The translations under genes and the position numbers were made by a program. Shown here piece by piece: positions 53,701 through 62,700 of a stretch of 64,000 nt of DNA. How positions within the stretch are numbered: position 1 is the first letter of the stretch; each line of letters opens with the position of its first letter. The stretch lies in assembly GCF_037042905.1 (NCBI RefSeq), contig NC_087251.1:28522001-28586000 (forward strand), given 5' to 3'. This DNA is from Lytechinus pictus (lineage: Eukaryota). The notes under the pieces were generated by a model that searched no databases, had not been told where the DNA came from, and was given only the letters and a program-made list of their open reading frames with translations.

Positions 53701-56700
53701 ATCATCTAGAAAAACTGTAAAATGGTTATGATAGATAATTTTGTGTAGTTATGGATGAACAAAATATAAATTAATTTCCTTCTGAATTCTGTGATAAAAG
53801 AAGAATTCCGAAAATTAAAACTTTGTACATGAAGATTCCATGTCATGAAATCTTTTTGGGAAATAAATCTCTCATAGAATTTACTTACCTAATAAAATCT
53901 GAGTCTTAAAACTTGGTTTCCATGCATTCCTTAAATTTCATCAGACTTGAAATTTATATGAATGGGAAAACTCCCTTCATTGTCTGGAGTCAATGGAGAA
54001 TGAAATGTAAAATCATATCACTATCTCATTTAGAAATTTTCATTAATAAAAAATTGTGGTTTTACGACAATCGATCTTAAATTAAATTTAAAAATCTCGG
54101 AAGCCATTTGCTATCAATCAAGCTGAGAGCATTAATGAAGCGAATGAACACACCCACCATGTCACAACCCAGTCCAAACATACTTGAGATGGCAACCCTG
54201 TACAGGCCTGTGGCATGCTCGCATGGAGGTACTAGCTGGTAGCAACCATTACCTGTCAGTAGCAGTGACGCAGAATGCCTCTTGAGGTTGCTAAAGGATA
54301 TCTAATTTCCCCCTTCCCTCATTGAGGTCTGGCTAGTCTCCTGTCACAGCCTATCCATTTATGCATTTTAAGAACGAGTTCATCGGAAATAATACTATTT
54401 CATGGGATGTCTTAGATGTCGTGTATCAACAAGACACTATTGCGATGAAAGGTCTGCGATTTAATCTGCAGTTATGCACTTCTGAAACACAGATAGGGAT
54501 AGTTGCGCCAGGTCAAGAGTCTATTGAAGGACTGAAACAACTTGGATAGATGGATTCATCTGAAGAAAATCAGTTACCATTGTGCCTCTGCTTATTCTAC
54601 CATGCCATCATCAAGAACATTACAAAGGAATTATAGGATATATCACAGCACTTAGTAGAAGAAACTGCTTCTCCGTCAGTTTATCTATCTGTTTTTGGAG
54701 AACCGTAAGCTATCTGGATAGCCATTTTTGGATTTTGTGTTCTGTAAGGAAGTGTTGATCCAGGAATTGAAGGATTTCAAAGTCGGCAGTCTCGGAAGTT
54801 GAACGGTATCCTGCTCCATCAACAGTTAGGGATTTCTGCTCTTTGCTTTGGAACTTCTGTTTCATGGCTGTCTGTCTAAATTCAACAAGTTTGGCAACTA
54901 AAACTAGTATGTAAAGTATTACATTTTCATGAGAACATCTTGAAAAAAAAAGATATGTAATTTGAATAGAATGTCATCCAGATACTCTAGGGTATGTCTT
55001 CTATGTATCAAAAATCTAACAAAGTTGCTCTTTTATCATGTATTGGATAACTGTTTAAGGCCAATTTCAAGTGAAATTTGTAACAGTCATTTTTTAATAA
55101 ATATTCTGAGTGCTTGATTTTAGGTTCGATTTTTCATCCATTTTTTGTATACCTTTCATTAGTGCAATTACCTTTTAAGATAAGCTTAGAAGAATAAGCT
55201 ATAGGTGATGTGTGGATAATCTGGATTAAGTAAATGATTGAAGCTGTAAAGAGGACAAACCATCTAGAATAGGGCTCATTCACACACAGAAAATTCATGA
55301 AAGTGTAGTTTTAGATGGGATGGTAAAATTACACATTGCCTATAAAATTGGGCACAGATAAAAAGATGAAAATTCTGAATAAAATTTCGCTTATTCTGTC
55401 AATAGATTTGAATGCATTTTACTGTTGAGCCTAATGTGGAATTTGATAAGACCTAACAATGAAATTGTTGGATTACATGTTTTCTGTAGAATTATTGATA
55501 TCACATACAGTGGGTTTAAAAATATACAAAGATCACTGAAGGAAATTTAGATTAAATGGACATACTAGTTCCTGTTTAGATTAACTTGAGTGACGTTGTA
55601 CGTGAAACATTTCAGGGATATTATCTGACTGATTCTAATTCAAGAGGCAGTTGCAGAGACACGAGAGAGAGAAAGTAGAAGGGAATCACAGAGACAGAGT
55701 ACTAGATTTAGAAAGTGAGTGTGATAGAGAGATATATGGCAAATGGGAAAGTTCAGCAGAGACAGATTAATAGGTTGAGAGTAAGAGGGAGACACAGCAA
55801 CAGACTAAGTATAGAGCAAAAGAGAGAGAGAGAAAGGGTAAAAGCTAACACATTTTGGAGGATAATACAGTAGTGAAAGAGAGAGAGAGAGTGAGAAAGT
55901 AAAAGGGAAACACATCGACACAGAACGGTAAGAGATAGTCATCATTTCCTCAGTTATCTATGTAACGGTGACTCAAGGAAGTAGTTAATGACTGGGTTAA
56001 CTTGCAGAGAACAATAGAATTGACCAATAGGAATCAAGAAGAACTTCTTTCAAATGCTAGATTTCGTGTAATTTTGCCGTGAGTTCAAGAGTTATGGAGT
56101 TGCTTTATTTCAAAATGGTTGATATGCCGGCTGACATAGCAAGTACATTGGAATATTTAGATGAGCTGCAACATGATATTATGGTATCTTATTTTGTTTT
56201 CCATTCTTAAAGATATTGAAAGTGGCTTAGATCAGCATAAGCAGTGTATTTGAAGTAGACATTTTTTAATAGGAACCGATGTGTTTTGTCTCCTATATGT
56301 TTATCACTTATCCTCACATGTATTATAACATTCTATAGCTTATTTAAAGTATTCTGTTCTCAAGAATTAGGAGAGTGAAGAATTGTACATTTGTGAAAAC
56401 TCATTTATTTGTAATTATGAAACACTTTGCAAGATTTTCATATTTTTCATGAAAAAATAGTTTTTCTGACTTCAGAGAAAGTGGAAATAACTAGATCATG
56501 TTTAAAACGTTTTTTTTTAGATTGCTTTTAGAGACTTTAAAAATATAATTGGTGTTTTAATAAGTCTTTATCGCCCAGGGTAGTGTTAATGATGTTCTTC
56601 CTGAGTGATCATTAAAAGCAACCATTTTATTATGAGGCAGTCTAAATAAAGAAAGGACTGTGAATATGATGACAGTGACGCACTGTCTTAAGTTCTTTAA

Positions 56701-59700
56701 AAAAAGAGTTTTTCCCTAAAGAGATGATGTGTTTGAATATTATATATGAGGATGGAGATTTGACAATATTAGTTCAGTCCTGAACAGTTCTTTCTCTTAT
56801 ACTGTAGTTTTTGTATTCATATATATGTTTTATTATTTGTATTTTGACGATGCATCTATCAGAAGAGCAGTTTATTTCAATTTGTATTGTCTTTGTTGTT
56901 ATATTCCTATGCACTCTCAAGATAAGTGATTTCTAAATTACACTATTATTGAATACTTCATTAATTTCGAGTCACTGAATGATTTATTTTTCTAGGAATA
57001 TCAAGATGAGATCAAACAAGCTAAGCCCAACAAGACCCATCTAGAAGCAGTGGGAGCGAAACTAATTCCAGCTAGCAATGAGGCTCGAGCCAGTGATATT
57101 GAGTACAAGTTGGCCAAACTGAATGACCGCTGGATGAGACTCATGGAGCTGGTGGATGCAAGGTGAGTTTGAAAGTTCGCATACTGTTTTGGTCATTGAG
57201 TGAATGATTGAGTCTTACATGTTGAGTTTTGCATGGGAAAGATAGGAACTGTTTGAGTAAAACATTAATCAGCTTCAAAGACAAAGAGGTAAACATGGTG
57301 ATGATTTGGGGATAAATGCTGATAGATTTTATTTGAGTGTATATACTCACATGAAATAAAAATCTATACAGTGCGTCCCAGTAATAGGGAAACCAGGATT
57401 CACATGTCTTTATTCTTTAAAGACAATTGATAATGATATTTTATTTACATACTCATATTCCTCTTCATTTTCATACATAATATGAGACAAACACTTCACG
57501 CATTAATGCGTTAAAGACGAGTTTGAAATTTTAATGTCAAAACCAGGTTGCGCAGAAAACTTGGACAAGATTGGTTTGTGAAACAACGACTGTGCCTATT
57601 CGACAATTATTATTTGTTTCTCGTCACCTGTGCCTGGGAGGCGAAAAGCGAACTGAATCACTATGACCCGCAGGTCTCTCCTCTCGATATAACTGATTGG
57701 GGGGAGTGCAGGTGGACCACTACACTGGGGTTTCCCCCTACTCTTATGCGAAAAGTGCAGTGGGTTCTTAACGTGCAATGGTGGTGACTCTCCTCTACAC
57801 GGGGCCTTCATTTAACGTCCTATCCAAGGGACAGAGTGTTTTCCATTGTAACATAGCCTGCATAGATCTATGAAACATGGGAGAGACGTTTACACACAAC
57901 GCACTGCCTTCAGTCATCCGCCCGGGGTGGACTTGAACCCACGATCTTTGGTTCGACGGGCATACGCATTACCGACTGAGCCAAAAATGCTCTCTTTAAT
58001 TGACAATTGGCTTATTAGAATTTCTGTTATATTCTTTGTTAAGATTCTCTAGCTGATCCCTGAAACGAGAGTGGATTCAGATTCACGCATGAGTTTCTGC
58101 GCAAATCGTTTCTGATATGCCTCAATATGTATTGTTTCTAATCTGCCATGCGTGAATGATTTGCTATGCTGTTGGTTTCAAATTAGAGAGGAGATTCTTT
58201 TCTTGCCATGAGTATCAAATTTATAGTAAAAACATACTTAATAATTGTGAAATCTATCTCTGAAAACAGGTTTTCTTTTTTATGGGATGCTCTGTATAGG
58301 AATCAGGATTTGTCAAAATTTAAATGATTTGAGTTGAGTCAACATTTGTGAATTTATATCATTAGCTTGGGTGTTGAGTAAAAGTGAGGCAAACTCAGTG
58401 ACAGTTGGATGAGACTCGTGTAGCTGGTTGATGCAAGTTGAGTTTGAGACTTTTGATTTCACTGTGATTGAGTGAGCAGATAATATTGATATTAAATGTG
58501 ACTTACATAGGATAGATATGCAGCTGTTAGAGGAAAACAGAATTTGGCTGATGAGAGTTTTAGAGGGATGATGAGTTTGTTGTGAACGTTTAATGTTGAG
58601 TCAACACGTTAGTTTAAATTGTATCACTAGCTTGGATATTGAGCAAAAGTTGAGTAAAATCTGAATAACTTTTGGATGAGACTCCTGGAGCCAGTCAGGC
58701 AAAGGTCTTGGGAGGCATGCATCGGAAACACATGCATTCACAACTTTCTGAAAATGCTCTCTTTTTTAAGAGAGAAAGGCATTAATATTATATTAAGAGC
58801 TAGTTGACACATAAGTTTTGATAAAAAAATTACCGCGGTAAATTATTTTGAGCTTGCAGATGAGATTGAGTAAACCTTATTGAGATGATTAAACAAGCCT
58901 TGAAATGAACCATAGTTTTTTACCTTTTCCTGTAAGAATTGGCTGTAAAATAGGGAATGGTTATATTATAATAAATCTATTTAAAATAGGGAATGGTTAT
59001 ATTATAATAAATCTATTTTATTTGTTGAAATGATGAGGCTGTGTAAAAACGGAAATCTATTTGCGTTATTCATTTGGTTGGATGTGTGGCAAGTCAGATT
59101 TGAAAAAGGAGAGGCACATGACATGTATACATGAATGTTTGATATGATCAATTCCTTATGGGCATCTGTAGTGCAAAATACAAGGACAAGGGGTACATCA
59201 TGGTCAAGCTCACAAGGCGTACTATCCATACCTAAGGTCAATGCCTCCCTCTATACTGGTGATATACTCCCCAATGGCATGTATGGTATGCAGAGAACAC
59301 AGCGAGAGAACATCCTGCAGAGAAATCAATTACTTGGTGTGTGCATGAATTGAAATAAACACTATTCATGATGTTTATTTCTTCCACACACTTTTTTATT
59401 CTGTCAGTTAGGGTAACAGATGTTTTATTTTTGGATACATTTTGTAGTGAGATTTATGGTTAGATATCAGTTGATACACATAATAAAGATCTGTAAATTT
59501 GATAAGAATCCCCTAGTTTTTGTGATGAACTCACTGCATTTTGTATACTTATGGTACAAAAAGCATAATGTTACTAATTTGATGGATTGATATGATAATT
59601 GTGTTTGTTGAGTATAGCCCCCCCCCCTCTCTCTCTCTCTCTCTTGCTCTCTGGTCAGTGTGAACAAATAGGGAAAGAAAAGATATTGATTTTTATTTTT

Positions 59701-62700
59701 CAAATTTCAAATGTTAGAAAATCAATAGAAAGTGTTTACCACAGATACATTCTCTTAATAATGAGGATTTGTTTGTTGAAGGACATGAGCGAGTGCCATC
59801 ACTTACTTGTGTGCCCTTAGCGAAGTAGATCACCCCCTTCAGTGAGCATCTATCAGCACCTTACAACAACTGGTTTCAGTCAAAAGCATTATTTACAAGC
59901 AGCAACAGAGCAGAGTGAACAATTGTGTTTACAAACTCCTTTGGTAAAGTTTTGAGCCCCAGCCTTTTTCGTACCAGTATAGGCCTATGTAGCTTTCAAT
60001 CTGTTCCTGCAAGACAGTGTATGACATACACACCCAGATTTGTAGAGGATTTTGACTATTTCTTGCTGATTTTGGATTAGTTTGGAGGATTTGAGTCATG
60101 AATGTTTGCAGTACAGTGACCATGATGGATAAGCCTTTGCTGATTAGTATCTGAAAGTGAATTGTTGCAGAATACAGGGATATCAAATTTACTAAGCTGT
60201 TCTATATAATGGATCCTCTAGCATTTGAGTTGGATTTGGGTATTTTCTATATATTTTTGATATATTCTATTGAAGTGAAGACCTTTTCCTTGGCTTTTGG
60301 AAGATTGTTGGTGCACTACATAATTTGATTTTTGTTTGTTATTGATGCTAGGAAAATGGAAAAAAAAATTATTTGTATGAAATCAGCTATAGGCAACTAA
60401 TACTTCGAGCGGGTGATCTTCTACTCTAACTTGAACCCAAATTTACACTTTTATATAAGAAGGGATCTGTTTCACTTTTTTGCCAACCAATCATTTCTTT
60501 ACTCTGTATTTTTTTTCTTCAAATGTAGCGGCTTAGACCACACTTTATTAAAAGTCAATCTGTATTTTTCTTATAAATTCTTTGTCACGTCATAGGCCTA
60601 TGTGTAATCGCTGCATTATTATTGCATAGCTTTTATACTTTGGGCAGTTCAATTGAAAAACTTAAATCTTTTTATTGACCAGCAGTATAACTTAGATAGG
60701 CCTAAGACAGGTTGAATGATAACCAATTTGCTGGTACCACCTAATGGGTTTATTGGGGTTATTCAAATAGGATTAGCCTACAGAATGAAGGGGTGTCTTT
60801 GCTCTTGTACTTACAGTGTTAGCCTTTTTCACAATAAATAAGTTCAGCCATGATAAACTTATTTGGAAGGTTATAACAGTTTGTGACCCTTGTTGATGTT
60901 TGCACATGATATATTACCTTAAAAGCTTGATTATATAGGCCCCTGATTGATAAATGATTTCTCCAACATTGTTTATTTCTTATTATAGGCCTACTCAGCG
61001 CATATTGAAGAGTTATTTTAAATTTTATTTCCCATTCATTATCTTAATATTTTCCCTATTTAAAGGTCAAGTCCACTCCAGTAAAATGCTGACTCGAATA
61101 AATAGAGAAAAATCAAACTAGCATAGTGCTGAAAATTTCATCGAAATCGGATGTAAAATAAGAAAGTTATGACATTTTAAAATTGCGCTTATTTTTCACA
61201 AAACAGTGATATGCACAAATGACTAGTTGAGTCAGTCGATGATGTCCATCACTCACTATTTCTTTTGTTTTTTATTGTTTGAATTATACATTATTTCATT
61301 TTTTATAGATTTGACAATAAGGACCAACTTGACTGAACCATGTAGTATCAAACAATGCTAATTCCACATGTTCAGGGAGGAATTAATCGTTGTATCCCTT
61401 GACAATGAGGAGAAAATTAGAAAATTTCATAATTCATATAATAAAATACAAAATAAATAGTGAGTGGATGATGTCATAGTCTCCTCATTTGCATACCAGC
61501 CAGGATGTGCATATAACTGTTTTGTGAAATTAAGCGAAACTTTAAAATGTCATAACTTTCTTATTTTACATCTGATTTTGATGAAATTTTCAGTGTTATG
61601 CTTGTTGGATTTTTCTCTTTTTATTCAAATCAACTTTTTGTTGGGGTGGACTTGTCCTTTGAAATGCTGGATGAGTAAAAATATCATTTCTGTGTATATC
61701 ACCACAACATTCCGATGCTAAGTTATGAAAGGGTTATGAATCATTAGCTCATAGCCTAATTAACCCAAGACACCAGCCAGAAAACATTTCAAGGCAAATA
61801 TCATGAACACATGTTCATATTCATGATATAACTTATTCACTTCACAGTGATACAGTGATATACATATGCCTGCAAGAGATAACATTTGATTTATCAGACT
61901 ACCAAAGACTTACAGACTGATGAGTTAACCGAATGTTATCGTTCTGTATCACCACCAGTGCTTATATTTGCCGACTAGTATCTTGATAATTTATGAGTTG
62001 AGACAGATTTAGTCTGAAGGGGATATGGGTCATTTGTCATGAGTGAGACATCAAGGAAAGAACTTGACTGATTCGTGGGAGCCAATATCCAGGCATCTAC
62101 CATCTTATTTCAAGGAGTGATTAAACTTTGGTTCAGTGAATTAATGATGATGACAGGCGTGATCATACCAAATATTGCTGGTCATTAAATTGACCACATG
62201 GTATTCGAGTAGACAGGCATACACATACTCCAAGCTTCAATTGATGTGGTAGATGAGTTTCAGTATTGGCCTTGTATGGAGAACATTTTGCTCCAGCTGT
62301 ACTCTGTACTGAAAAAGGGATATATTTGATTTTCGTTCAGAACTTTTCCTTTGCATTCAGTGAAGCCTTTTACTTTCCTGCTTTATCAATTGCTGTTCTC
62401 AAGGTACTCTTTCCGAAATCTCTCCGAAATCTACAAAGGCTGCATGCCAAGTTTTGTTGTTTGTTTGACCTCAGTTCAATCACACTTACTGCCTTCTCAG
62501 AAGTGTGTTGGTTTGGGGGTAATTGTGAAGTGGGCACCATTATTAGAATGTTGATTTTCAACACAGGTTTTCTCCAAGTTGTGGATATTGTTCATCCAGA
62601 TGGAATACATGACGGAGCCTTACAGCATTGATGAGGATTATATATGGACTGTTTGCAGCGTCGTATAGGACTCTTCTGTACATGACTCAATAGGAGACCG

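Noticed and set aside
57915..57990. tRNA gene on the minus strand (GTC at the anticodon position)
   Set aside because: Degenerate stems and continuation into a SINE body and tail: a SINE head, not a tRNA gene. The same applies at 31139.
58947..59021. Perfect ~35-bp tandem duplication (similar ones at ~7110 and ~6598)
   Set aside because: Ordinary slippage-type duplications with no sign of function.
59135..59353. 72-aa ORF with a possible phase-2 donor AT|gtatgg
   Set aside because: Weak donor and no other support; not distinguishable from chance.
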